Shown piece by piece: positions 63,998-64,000 of a stretch of DNA of 64,000 nucleotides. A program made the position numbers and the translations under genes. This stretch comes from Blasia pusilla. Its lineage: Eukaryota. The notes below the pieces were generated by a model, which saw nothing but the letters and a program-made list of their open reading frames with translations, did not search any database and had not been told where the DNA came from. Position 1 is the first letter of the stretch. Every line of letters starts with the position of its first letter. Where the stretch lies: the NCBI GenBank assembly GCA_050084515.1, contig CM114271.1:12400001-12464000 (forward strand). Direction: 5' to 3'.

Positions 63998-64000
63998 AAG

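Overview
Eukaryotic, green-plant-like (probably non-seed-plant; inference), TE-dense heterochromatic window with no confidently identifiable host gene. The main content is four decayed copies (1-2858, 4025-20336, 29307-36935, 37917-47047) from two related families of an unusual Ty3/Gypsy retrotransposon. Its pol has the order protease - DNMT3-like C5 cytosine methyltransferase - RT - RNase H - DDE integrase - PHD finger. Its ends are not ordinary LTRs. The LTR appears circularly permuted: A-core-PPT-B-[CA nn TG]-A-B (split direct repeats, like PAT/Ngaro/TOC1). One copy instead has a DIRS1-like layout of inverted ends plus an internal complementary region. The elements still have TG..CA termini and apparent 4-bp TSDs, and no tyrosine recombinase is visible. 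Both families have a covarying Tf1-like self-priming PBS. Together this suggests integration through an att site inside U3 rather than at the cDNA ends. Nested in these copies are a full-length chromovirus (6481-13786) and a truncated non-chromo Gypsy (40892-46490). The right half contains a ~116-bp satellite, a decayed Sola/DUF7869-like transposase, convergent spliced cargo pseudogenes (FCP1/NIF-like and Ulp1-like), tandem repeats, perfect hairpins and a 45-bp 18S rRNA fragment. All calls come from reading the sequence by eye; no searches were run.
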